From an uncultured Gemmatimonadales bacterium (GTDB lineage: Bacteria; Gemmatimonadota; Gemmatimonadetes; Gemmatimonadales; GWC2-71-9), in the NCBI GenBank assembly GCA_963698975.1, contig CAVOSV010000001.1, positions 858,856 through 922,855 of the forward strand: a stretch of DNA of 64,000 nt, given 5' to 3'. A program made the position numbers and the translations under genes. Under the pieces are notes generated by a model. The model searched no databases, was not told the origin of the DNA, and was given only the letters and a program-made list of their open reading frames with translations. Positions 24,284 to 33,704 of this stretch are shown in pieces; position 1 is the first letter of the stretch; every line of letters begins with the position of its first letter.

Positions 24284-25078
24284 GTGTTGATCGGTGCGAT
24301 GAACCATCCCGCCCAGGAGATCGTCCACGAGATCGAGTGGATGGCCGATATGGGTCTCGGGTTCATCGACCTCACCCTCGAGCCGCCCCGGGCCGCGTCC
24401 TGGAAGGTGGACCCTAAGGCCATCAGCCAGGCCCTGGCCCGCCATCGCATGGCCATCGTCGGACATACTGCTTTCTATCTCCCGATTGCCAGCGGAATCG
24501 AGGAGATCCGGCGAGCATCGCTGGTGGAGCTGCGCCGCTGCGTGGACGTGTTCGCGCAGCTGGGTGCCCGCTGGATGAATGTGCATCCTGATCGACATGC
24601 TCCCATGCACGACCGGGCATTCTTCATCGAGAAGAACATTGCCACGCTGGGCGAGTTGCTGCCGTACGCCGCGGAGAGGGGCGTGGGCATCATGCTGGAG
24701 AACTTGCCGGGCGACTTCAACACCGCACAGCAGGTGGGAGAACTGCTCGATCCTCTTCCCGAGCTCGGCCTCCATCTGGACATTGGGCATGCCAATCTGA
24801 TGGTGATGCAGAGTACGGTAGGTGAGCTGCTCGCGACCTACGGCAGCCGGCTTCGGCACGTGCATCTGCATGACAACAAAGGCGGCGGAGCCGATCTGCA
24901 TTTACCACTGGGCACCGGGTCGGTCGATGTGAGGGGGGCGATACGGGCGCTTCAGGGAATAGGATACGACGGAACAATTACCCTGGAGGTCTTTACACCC
25001 GACCGTCACCACCTGGCCTACAGCAGAGACTCGCTCCAGCGGATCTGGTCGGAGGAAAAGAACTCAAGCAGCCGCTGA
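24284..25078 (+). CDS. Sugar phosphate isomerase/AP-endonuclease-2 family TIM-barrel protein
   Basis: Metal ligands in MLENLP, LHLDIGHA, HVHLHDN, DLHLPLGTG, ITLEVF. Confidence 0.88.
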   Translation: MLIGAMNHPAQEIVHEIEWMADMGLGFIDLTLEPPRAASWKVDPKAISQALARHRMAIVGHTAFYLPIASGIEEIRRASLVELRRCVDVFAQLGARWMNVHPDRHAPMHDRAFFIEKNIATLGELLPYAAERGVGIMLENLPGDFNTAQQVGELLDPLPELGLHLDIGHANLMVMQSTVGELLATYGSRLRHVHLHDNKGGGADLHLPLGTGSVDVRGAIRALQGIGYDGTITLEVFTPDRHHLAYSRDSLQRIWSEEKNSSSR

Positions 25079-27016
25079 GAGCACATCCCGCACTTTGGCC
25101 GCAAGCTCTTCCGGCGTGAATGGCTTGGGCAAAAACTCGTCCACGCCGGCCTGGCTGAATTGCTGCAGCACTTCGATGTCGCCGTAGCCACTCATCGCTA
25201 CAATAGGAGTGTTCGGTTGGATCCTGCGTAGCTCGCTGGCCGCTTCGGCTCCTCCCAGCTCGGGCATCGTCAGGTCCAGCAGGATCAGCCGCACGTCATC
25301 TCCGAGGTCGCGCAGCCGTTCCACCGCCTGCTGCCCATCTTCCGCCAGCTCGACGGTGTATCCCGCCTCACCGAGCACAGTCGACACCAGCGATCGGACA
25401 CCCTCTTCGTCGTCGGCCACCAGGATGGTTCCGACCCCTTGGAACCCATGCTCCACAACGAAATGCCCGCTCACCCGATCCGACGCACGTGGCTCCTGCG
25501 GCACCGGTAAAAGAACGGTGAACGTCGTTCCCCGGCCCGGCTCACTCCGGACGCTGATAGCTCCCCGGTGCCCCCTTACGATGCCCAGGGCTGCCGACAG
25601 ACCCAGACCACGTCCCAGAAACTTGGTGGTGAAGAAGGGCTCGAATATCCGATCGCGGGTCTCGGGGTCCATGCCGGCTCCCGTGTCGGTCACATCCATC
25701 CGCACGTATTCACCGGTCACTATGGGGAAACCTTCGGTCCGGGGTCGCTCCCGCCGTTCGGTGAAGTGCTCGGTCCGAACCCGCACCGTCAGAGTTCCGG
25801 GCTCGTCTCCGATGGCTTCACCACCGTTGATCACCAGGTTCATCACCAGCTGCTGCAGTTGAGCCCGGTCGGCCTCGACCAGCGGACAGTCCTCCGGCAC
25901 ATCGATCACCAGGCTGATCTTCTTGGAGATAGAAGCCCGGATCAGCGTGCTCACTTCACTTACCAGCTTGCACAGGTCCACCGAAGCGATGACGAACCGC
26001 CCCTTGCCGGCGTAGGCCAGAAGCTGCCGGGTGAGGTCCGCCGCTCTCTGGCTGGCCGAGAGCACATCGCCTAGCAGTGAAGCAGCCTGCTCCGTCTTCC
26101 CGGTGTTCAGGGCTCGACGCGCCAGCCCGGCGTTCCCCATGATTCCAGTGAGCAGATTGTTGAAGTCGTGGGCGATACCCCCGGCGAGGACGCCGATGCT
26201 CTCCAGCTTCTGGGACTGCTGTAACGCCGCCTCGTTCTCTCGTTGAGCGGCTTCGCTCGACTTCTGGTCTGTCAGATCCCGGACCACCAGGACGGCGCCG
26301 CTGATGGTGCTGTCCGAGGGAATAGGCGCGACGGAGGAGCTGATCGGGATGAGCCTGCCGTCCTTGTGCAGGAAAAAGTCTTCTTCACTGCGCAGAGTCT
26401 CGCCCGTGATCAGCACCTTCATGTGAGGGCATTCTTCACTGGATAGCCAGTTGCCGTCAGCCGAACGGCACCGGAGCCTGTCGTGCAGCAGCTCGCCCAC
26501 GAGCTCATCCGGTGACCAGCCGAACATGCTCTGGGCACTGCGGTTGATGAACGTCAGGCGACCCTCTTTGTCCACCAGCAGCAATCCTTCGGCGGCGTTG
26601 TTCGCTATGGCATCGGCGAGATTGACCTGGTACTGAAGCAGCTCCTCCGCGCGCTTCAGCTCGGTGTCGTCGCGGATGATCTTGGCTACGCCAGTTACCG
26701 TGCCTGCCTCATCCCGGAGACCGACCATGACCCCGTTTGCCCAGAACCGGGAGCCATCCTTTCGGATATGCCAACGGGAGTCCTCGGCCCGCCCCGATTG
26801 GGTCGCGAACCTGAGCTCATGTTCTGGAACGCCCTCGAGGTTGTCCTCGGGCGTGAACAGGAGGGTGCCCGAGCGCCCAATGATCTCGCCTGGCTCATAG
26901 AGGAAAATCCGCCGGGCACCGGGATTCCAGGTCTCCACCGTCCCGTCGAGGCTGAGATGGAAGACGGCGTAATCCACGGTGGACTCGAAGAGCTGTTGAT
27001 ATCGATCGTGCGCCAT
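25064..27016 (-). CDS. Two-PAS hybrid histidine kinase
   Basis: DYAVFHLSLDGTVETWNPGA PAS, RKDGSRFWA PAC, AHDFNN, GRGLGL, receiver; intact ORF (start may extend to 27154). Confidence 0.92.
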   Translation of the reverse strand: MAHDRYQQLFESTVDYAVFHLSLDGTVETWNPGARRIFLYEPGEIIGRSGTLLFTPEDNLEGVPEHELRFATQSGRAEDSRWHIRKDGSRFWANGVMVGLRDEAGTVTGVAKIIRDDTELKRAEELLQYQVNLADAIANNAAEGLLLVDKEGRLTFINRSAQSMFGWSPDELVGELLHDRLRCRSADGNWLSSEECPHMKVLITGETLRSEEDFFLHKDGRLIPISSSVAPIPSDSTISGAVLVVRDLTDQKSSEAAQRENEAALQQSQKLESIGVLAGGIAHDFNNLLTGIMGNAGLARRALNTGKTEQAASLLGDVLSASQRAADLTRQLLAYAGKGRFVIASVDLCKLVSEVSTLIRASISKKISLVIDVPEDCPLVEADRAQLQQLVMNLVINGGEAIGDEPGTLTVRVRTEHFTERRERPRTEGFPIVTGEYVRMDVTDTGAGMDPETRDRIFEPFFTTKFLGRGLGLSAALGIVRGHRGAISVRSEPGRGTTFTVLLPVPQEPRASDRVSGHFVVEHGFQGVGTILVADDEEGVRSLVSTVLGEAGYTVELAEDGQQAVERLRDLGDDVRLILLDLTMPELGGAEAASELRRIQPNTPIVAMSGYGDIEVLQQFSQAGVDEFLPKPFTPEELAAKVRDVLSAAA

Positions 27017-27226
27017 GGTGGCACTCACTTGAGGGTATCCCTCATCGGGCCCGTACTGATCATCAAGCAACCTGCCGGGCCCGGACCCCGTGGGCTGTGA
27101 CGTGGGATACTCAATTGCTACAAGAACTTCGGGACCCAATGTGAATGCGCTCACAGACCTGTGATTCGGCCGTTGCTATGTTGTGCCCAGAACGATGGTG
27201 CAGATCACCTTAGCGGAGGAATTTCC

Positions 27227-27376
27227 ATGCTGGTATGGCTTGCAGTCATCCTGCTGGTCGCCTGGCTCCTGGGTTGGGGAGTCTTTCACGTTGCCGGCGG
27301 CTTGATCCACCTGTTGCTGGTGATCGCGCTGGTCGTGTTCCTCATCAACTTCATCTCGGGCCGTCGAACGGTCTAG
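27227..27376 (+). CDS. lmo0937/DUF5670 family small membrane protein
   Basis: MLVWLAVILLVAWLLGWGVFHVAGGLIHLLLVIALVVFLINFISGRR; GGAGG RBS. Confidence 0.88.
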   Translation: MLVWLAVILLVAWLLGWGVFHVAGGLIHLLLVIALVVFLINFISGRRTV

Positions 27377-27388
27377 GGCACTCCCGGC

Positions 27389-27415
27389 GGACAGGGGGAC
27401 TCAGCTCCCCTGTCC
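27389..27415 (+). terminator. Hairpin after the small membrane protein gene
   Basis: ggacagggg...cccctgtcc stem; no clear U-tract. Confidence 0.5.
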
Positions 27416-27495
27416 TCACCCCTGGCGATTACTATGGCTGGTGGTAAGTTGCGGCATGCTTACCGCCACCCAATCAATCCGCATGCGGCGAGGCT

Positions 27496-27904
27496 GTGGC
27501 AGGGCCTGACTCCTCTACCGAGCCCAGGCGAGTGGTTCTTGTAGTCGACGACGAGCAAGGCCTGCGCGAGTTGCTGTGTCGGACCCTGCGAGGCTGAAGG
27601 CTTTGCTACGCTGGAAGCCGGGAATGGAGCCGAGGCGCTGGAGGTGATGGAAGGCGCCGCCGAACCAGTGGATCTGGTGGTAACCGACGTGGTCATGCCC
27701 GGTATGGACGGCCGAGAGCTGGGCCGCCGGATCTCCCAGCGCTGGCCTGATCTCCCCATCCTCTACATCTCCGCCTACGACGTGAACGACATCTTCCGTC
27801 GGGGCTCTCCCCGCACCTCCGCTCCCTTCTTGCAGAAGCCGTTCCCGCCCGAGGGACTCATCACAACCGTTCGCGGCCTGATCAGGAGCCGCTCCCCCCG
27901 CTGA
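27496..27904 (+). CDS. Stand-alone response regulator receiver (frameshift near 27590)
   Basis: VVLVVDDEQGLRELL...DLVVTDVVMPGMDG...LYISAY...FLQKPF. Confidence 0.85.
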
Positions 27905-27996
27905 GCTTCGTTCCGCTCCGCGTAATCGCTTAGCTGTTACTGCATTTTGGAGTGATCAGGCTCACGGACCTCGCTTGTTCCCCCCGCTATCACTAT

Positions 27997-28138
27997 CGAC
28001 CTCTGCGGCCCACGAGAGTAACCGAGGTCGCCACACCGGGAATTCGCCCGGTATCCCGCTGGGGAGAGCTCTGATCGCCCGCTCGTCCGTCTTCGCCACG
28101 TCACCCACCTAAGACGATCAGAGGGTTCTTCCCCGCGG
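27997..28138 (+). ncRNA. Candidate structured 5' leader (three hairpins)
   Basis: cgacctc/gaggtcg; accggg/cccggt; long stem ggggagagctctgat...cgtctt/aagacg...atcagagggttcttcccc, ending 40 nt before the SRPBCC start. Confidence 0.4.
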
Positions 28139-28178
28139 CCCGATTTCGATCCACGATGACGAATGAGAAGGGGGAATC

Positions 28179-29229
28179 ATGACTGCAGCAACCGAGCAAG
28201 GCCTCCGGTATCGCCGCCGGTTCACTGACCAGCCCTCCGGCGACATGGAGAGCAGCGTCGAACGCCGAGCCAGAGGGCTGGGATGGTTCAGCATCGGACT
28301 AGGTCTGGCCGAGATCGGCGCACCTCGCGCCCTGGCCAGGCTGATCGGCATAAGTGACGACGACGAAACCCGTAACACGATGTTCGCTCTGGGATTGCGG
28401 GAGATCACCAGCGGCATCGGGATCCTTGCCTCACCTCAGTCTTCAGGCTGGGTTTGGACCCGAGTGGGGGGAGACCTGATGGATCTGGCCCTCCTGGGCA
28501 AGGCCATGAGCGACGATCAAAATGACCGGAACCGGGTTGCCGCAGCCACCGCGGCTGTTGCCGGTGTCACCGTCGTCGACTTCCTCACCGGCCAACAGCT
28601 TAGCCGCCAGGGTGGTAACGGCGGTGAGCAGCGCACCAACGGATCCAGCATGGTCCAGCAGAACCGCCAGCCCCTCCAGTGGAGTTCACGTCACCCAAGC
28701 CTTGACCATCAACCGACCCCGGAACGAGGTGTACGGGTTCTGGCACAACTTCGAGAACCTTCCCCGCTTCATGGCTCACCTCGAATCGGTGGAGGTCCTG
28801 GACAACAATCGTTCCCGCTGGACAGCCAAGGCTCCGGCGGGCACGACGGTCGAGTGGGAGGCGGAGACCATCGAAGACCGGCCCAACGAGCTGATCGCCT
28901 GGCGGTCTCTGCCCGATGCCTCCATCCCCAATTCCGGGACGGTGCGGTTCAAGGACGCCCCCGGTAACCGGGGCACCGAAATCCATGTCGAGCTTCGCTA
29001 TCAGCCTCCCGGAGGGAAGCTGGGATCGCTGATTGCCAAGCTTTTCGGCGAGGAGCCGGAGCAGCAGGTCAAGGGCGATTTGCGCCGCTTCAAGCAAGTC
29101 ATGGAGACGGGAGAGATCGTCCACTCGGATTCCAGCATCCATTCCGGCATGCATCCGGCACAGCCACCGGAGAGCCTGAAGGATGTCGAGCTTCTGGGGA
29201 CGCCTCGCGAGCACGCGGTTCAACGCTGA
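28179..29229 (+). CDS. SRPBCC/polyketide-cyclase family protein with N-terminal membrane segment (frameshift near 28670)
   Basis: ARGLGWFSIGLGLAE, TINRPRNEVYGFWHNFENLPRFM, DLRRFKQVMETGE. Confidence 0.88.
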
Positions 29230-29264
29230 CTGAGCCGCACGGCTCGGAAAGAGAGACATAGATC

Positions 29265-30437
29265 ATGAAGGCCAACTGCTGGATGGGAAAGCGGAAGGTG
29301 CAGGTCGAAGAGGTGCCGGATCCAAAGATCCTGAACTCCCACGATGCCATCGTCAGGATCACTTCGACCGCGATTTGCGGATCGGATCTCCACCTGTACA
29401 ACGGCTTCGTACCCACGATGGAAAAAGGCGACGTGCTGGGCCATGAGTTCATGGGCGAGGTGGTGGAGGTGGGCCCTTCGGTGCGCAACCTGAAGGTTGG
29501 CGACCGGGTAGTGGTTCCGTTTCCGATCGCCTGCGGAGCCTGCGCCGCCTGTGACGCTCAGATGTTCTCGCTCTGCGAGAATTCCAACCCCAACGCCTGG
29601 ATCGCAGAGAAGCTGCTGGGCCACTCCCCCTCCGGAATCTTCGGCTACTCCCACATGCTCGGCGGATTCGCCGGCGGTCAGGCCGAGTATGCCCGGGTGC
29701 CTTTCGCGGACGTGGGGCCCCTGAAAGTCCCCGAGGATCTGACCGACGACCAGGTGCTGTTCCTGTCGGACATCTTCCCCACCGGCTACATGGGGGCGGA
29801 GATGTGCGACATCCAGGGTGGAGATGTGGTAGCGGTTTGGGGCGCCGGCCCGGTAGGCCAGTTTGCCATCGCCAGCGCCTACCTGCTGGGGGCGGAACGG
29901 GTCATCGCCATCGACCGGTTCAAGTACCGGCTGGACATGGCCAGGGAGCGGGCAGGCGCCTCGGATACCATCAACTACGAGGAGCTAAACGTCCAGGACG
30001 CCCTGCTGGAGTTGACCGGCGGGCGGGGCCCCGACAAGTGCATCGACGCCGTGGGCATGGAAGCACACGGCCATGGGATTACCTACGCCTATGACCGGAT
30101 GAAGCAGGCCACCATGCTGGAAACCGATCGTCCCATCGCGCTCCGGGAAGCCATTCTGGCCTGCCGGAATGGTGGGGTGGTATCGGTGATCGGGGTGTAC
30201 GGCGGATTCATCGACAAGTTCCCCATGGGAGCGGTCATGAACCGTTCGCTCACCATTCGAAGCGGCCAGTGCCATGTCCACCGGTACCTGCGGCCGCTAC
30301 TCGACCGAATTCAGAATGGGGAGATCGACCCCAGCTTCGTCATCACCCACCGGCTGCCGCTGGATCAGGCGGCCAAGGGCTACGACATGTTCCTGAACAA
30401 GGAAGACAACTGCGAAAAGGTCGTGCTGAGCGCCTGA
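29265..30437 (+). CDS. Zn-dependent alcohol dehydrogenase (glutathione-independent formaldehyde dehydrogenase-like)
   Basis: ICGSDLH, GHEFMG, CGACAAC...C structural Zn, [14 protein letters not shown]. Confidence 0.92.
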   Translation: MKANCWMGKRKVQVEEVPDPKILNSHDAIVRITSTAICGSDLHLYNGFVPTMEKGDVLGHEFMGEVVEVGPSVRNLKVGDRVVVPFPIACGACAACDAQMFSLCENSNPNAWIAEKLLGHSPSGIFGYSHMLGGFAGGQAEYARVPFADVGPLKVPEDLTDDQVLFLSDIFPTGYMGAEMCDIQGGDVVAVWGAGPVGQFAIASAYLLGAERVIAIDRFKYRLDMARERAGASDTINYEELNVQDALLELTGGRGPDKCIDAVGMEAHGHGITYAYDRMKQATMLETDRPIALREAILACRNGGVVSVIGVYGGFIDKFPMGAVMNRSLTIRSGQCHVHRYLRPLLDRIQNGEIDPSFVITHRLPLDQAAKGYDMFLNKEDNCEKVVLSA

Positions 30438-30461
30438 CGTCGTTTTCGGTTACTGTTCGTC

Positions 30462-30494
30462 AGACGCCCCGGCTGCAGCGCAGCCGGGGCGTCT
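30462..30494 (+). terminator. Strong hairpin terminator
   Basis: agacgccccggctgc-agc-gcagccggggcgtct, 15-bp perfect stem. Confidence 0.75.
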
Positions 30495-30660
30495 TGGCTG
30501 CTTGACCGTCGCTTGACCCCTCCTGCGCACCTTCACGGCCGTGGTAAAGGGCAAGCTCAGATCGGCAAGATGCGTAAAGTGATGCCGATCACAAACTTGA
30601 CAGACGCTCGGCAGGTGAGATACTAAACGGATACCCGAGCGATCCAAAACCCGTAATCCG

Positions 30661-33078
30661 ATGGGGACCCTTCTGAGAGTTCACCGGCTGAGAACGAGAC
30701 TGCTTGGGCTCCTGCCCTTTCTGGCAGCGATTACCGCACTGCAAAGCTGCGACAGCGGCGGCAGTGTGGAACCGTGCTCGGGGCCCTTCTGCAATCTCGG
30801 CCCTGAGCGGCCTGAGCCCAGCACCATGGCCGTGGAATCCGGGGATAATCAGACCGGCGCCCCGACCCGGGAATTGTCGGATCCCCTTCAGGTGAAGGTC
30901 ACCGACAACGCCGGCCGACCAGTGCCCGGCGTGACGGTCAGATTCAGCGTGGCCACCGGAGGCGGCCGGCTTTCCAGTGACAGCGCGCAGTCCGATACTC
31001 TCGGCCTAGCTAGCGTCCGCTGGGTTCTGGGCGAGCAGCTCGGTGCGCAGACGCTGTCCGCTGAAGCTGTCAATAACGACAGTGCTCCTCTGGAACACTC
31101 TCCACTGCAGTTCTCGGCTACGGCGGCGCCCGCGACAGCTGCCAAGCTGGTACTCCATGCCGGCTTGTCGGAGACGGCCCAGAACGGCGTTCCTCTGGAG
31201 GGGCAGCCGGTTCTCGATGTGCTGGATGCAGACGATCAGCCGATCTCCGGAGTGGAGGTGACCGTCTCCGTCGCCTCAGGAGGCGCCACCGTGAGCGGCA
31301 GCGCCACCGCTACCTCAGACGGCAATGGGGTTGCCACGTTCAGTGGCCTGGCTCTGACCGGCGCGCAGGGAGCCCAAATGCTTCGCTTCACGGCTCAAGG
31401 AGCGGAGACCACATCCGGAGCGATCCAGCTCCTCTCCGGCACACCGGCCAGCATGACTGGTGTGGAGCCTTTGACGTACGAGGGAACAGTCAACTCTCCC
31501 GTGAGTCCGGGACCATCCGTTACGGTCAAGGATGCCGCCGGCAATGGGGTGCCCGGAGTTGAGGTGACGTTCACGCCCAACCGGAACTCCTCGGTGTCTC
31601 CGGAGGTGGCCACTACCAACGAGCAGGGTCTGGCCCAGGTCAGCTGGACGCTGGGCACCACAGCCAACGTTCAGTACACGCTCACCGCCCGAATCGAAAC
31701 CTCCGCCATTCCCGCGGTTCGATTCACCGCGACGGCGCGGGCCGGTGCCGCCGGCCGGCTGAGAATCTCGACCCAGCCGTCTTCTCCCACCCAGAGCGGA
31801 ACTCCGTTTGCGCAGCAGCCGGTGCTGCAAACGGTAGACGAGAACGGGAACCCAACGGCCCAACCCGGCATCGCGGTTACGGCCGCAATATCCTCCGGGC
31901 CCAGCGGCACGCTGGCAAATCAGACGGCGACCACCGACGCCAACGGCCAGGCTGCCTTCAGTGGACTGGCGGTAACCGGAGTGGCAGGCAACTACACCTT
32001 ATCCTTCAGCGCGCCTGGGTTGGGAGGGATAACCTCGACCCCGTTTGCCATCACAGAGGGCTCAGCGGCGCGCCTGGCGTTCGTGACCCCGCCCTCTACC
32101 GGCGCACGGAGCCGTCTGCCCCTGGTCAGTCAGCCGGTGCTCCAGATTCAGGACGCCAGCGGCAATCCCATCGCGCAGGCTGGTGTAATGGTGACCGTTT
32201 CCGCGCTGCCCTCGGGAACTACGGTGACGGGTGAAACAGTGCCGACCGACGGGAACGGACGTGCCGCGTTCACCGCGCTCACGCTGCAGGGCATACCCGG
32301 ACCCAAGGACCTCACCTTTGCCGCACCGGGGCTGCAGAGCGCGACGGCGCGAGTTACACTGCCGAGCGTCTCCACCGTTACCGCCGCGCCGAGCCACCCG
32401 GCTTCGGCGGTGGTGGGCAGCACGGTTGCCGGACCGGTCATCACCTGGACCTTTAGAGACGCGTCCACCCGGCCGGTGGCGGATGCTGATTTCACCTTGA
32501 AAGCGCCGTCTGGTGGAACCGCGCTGCCGGTGACACCCTTCAGCGACATCAATGGACTGGTGCAGGCAGGCAGCTGGACCCTCGACACGATAGCAGGATA
32601 TCAGTACCTGCAACTGGGGCTGCCGGATGGCCGCATTTTCCGCGACAGTATCCTTGCCACCCCGGGTCCGGCAACACAGCTGGTGAAGGTCTCAGGAGAT
32701 GATCCGATGCAATCAGCGCCGATCAACTCCGAGCTGCCCGATTTATTTGTGGTCCGGGTGGTTGATCAGTTCGGCAATGGAGTTGCAAACGTGAGCGTTC
32801 AGTGGTCTACCTGCGATGGCACAGCCGGCGAGCCGGTGCCACCCGCGGATGCGAATGGCTACTCGAGTACGAGGCAGCCCACGGGAACGGAACCGTCCGG
32901 CGATCAGCCGTTCTGCACCATGGCTACGGCTTCGGGGCTTCAGGGTTCACCGGTCGAGTTCCACTACACGGTCACCGGCGGTGCGCCAGCCATGAGCCAG
33001 CTCCGCACATCCTCAGCAGGAAGGCACTCCGGTCCGCCACCGATTGCTCCGGAGTCTCACGCCGGAACGACCCGCTGA
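30661..33078 (+). CDS. Ig-like (Big_1/invasin-type) repeat surface lipoprotein
   Basis: ALQSC lipobox-like; repeated SGDNQTG...VKVTD..G.PV.GV.V.F and TDANGQA motifs. Confidence 0.85.
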   Translation: MGTLLRVHRLRTRLLGLLPFLAAITALQSCDSGGSVEPCSGPFCNLGPERPEPSTMAVESGDNQTGAPTRELSDPLQVKVTDNAGRPVPGVTVRFSVATGGGRLSSDSAQSDTLGLASVRWVLGEQLGAQTLSAEAVNNDSAPLEHSPLQFSATAAPATAAKLVLHAGLSETAQNGVPLEGQPVLDVLDADDQPISGVEVTVSVASGGATVSGSATATSDGNGVATFSGLALTGAQGAQMLRFTAQGAETTSGAIQLLSGTPASMTGVEPLTYEGTVNSPVSPGPSVTVKDAAGNGVPGVEVTFTPNRNSSVSPEVATTNEQGLAQVSWTLGTTANVQYTLTARIETSAIPAVRFTATARAGAAGRLRISTQPSSPTQSGTPFAQQPVLQTVDENGNPTAQPGIAVTAAISSGPSGTLANQTATTDANGQAAFSGLAVTGVAGNYTLSFSAPGLGGITSTPFAITEGSAARLAFVTPPSTGARSRLPLVSQPVLQIQDASGNPIAQAGVMVTVSALPSGTTVTGETVPTDGNGRAAFTALTLQGIPGPKDLTFAAPGLQSATARVTLPSVSTVTAAPSHPASAVVGSTVAGPVITWTFRDASTRPVADADFTLKAPSGGTALPVTPFSDINGLVQAGSWTLDTIAGYQYLQLGLPDGRIFRDSILATPGPATQLVKVSGDDPMQSAPINSELPDLFVVRVVDQFGNGVANVSVQWSTCDGTAGEPVPPADANGYSSTRQPTGTEPSGDQPFCTMATASGLQGSPVEFHYTVTGGAPAMSQLRTSSAGRHSGPPPIAPESHAGTTR

Positions 33079-33090
33079 CCGGGAGTTAGA

Positions 33091-33696
33091 GTGTACCGAA
33101 GCTCTTGCGGAATTCTCACGGCACTGACGCTGCTCATTGCGGGGGAGGCAAATGCGCAGTCGGCCCAGGCCGTATCGGTTCAGGTTTCCGGGCTGTACAA
33201 TGTGGTGTTCGGTGATGTGTTCGAGACGCTGAAGAATGGGGTCGGCGGGGAGGGCCAGATTCGCTACACGCCGGGGGCGCTTTCATTCGGTGTGGGATTT
33301 CAATACACCACACACGATCGTCCCCCGGTTCAACCTACCGACCCCGCTCTTGACTTCAGGCTGTACGGGGGCTTCATCGAGCCCCGGTATCGCATTCACA
33401 CCGGGAGCAACGTGTGGGCTCCCTACGTCTCCGCCCGCTTTTCCCTGCTCAAGGTAGGTTTTTCCGACCCCGACTTTTCCCTCTCCTCCTCTTTCATTCA
33501 GATCAATGGAGGGGGAGGCCTGTTGTACCGGCTGTCATCCCGCGTCAATCTCGATATGGGAGCCACCTTCGGATACGACCAGCTGGGCGATGGCACGCTG
33601 GAGAGCAAGTCGAACAACACCTCCACGCATGTCGAGTCGAGCTCGGGAACGAACGTGGTGGTTCGGGTTGGATTTGCTTTTGGGATCGGAGGGTAG
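33091..33696 (+). CDS. Outer-membrane beta-barrel protein (OmpA/OmpW-like)
   Basis: Signal ending ANA-Q, alternating beta strands, C-terminal VRVGFAFGIGG. Confidence 0.75.
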   Translation: MYRSSCGILTALTLLIAGEANAQSAQAVSVQVSGLYNVVFGDVFETLKNGVGGEGQIRYTPGALSFGVGFQYTTHDRPPVQPTDPALDFRLYGGFIEPRYRIHTGSNVWAPYVSARFSLLKVGFSDPDFSLSSSFIQINGGGGLLYRLSSRVNLDMGATFGYDQLGDGTLESKSNNTSTHVESSSGTNVVVRVGFAFGIGG

Positions 33697-33704
33697 GTGC
33701 TCGG

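Noticed and set aside
21701-25078. Anti-phage defence system (helicase + nucleotidyltransferase)
   Set aside because: Genes are divergent, there is no HEPN, CBASS effector or AbiEi partner, and no compositional sign of an island
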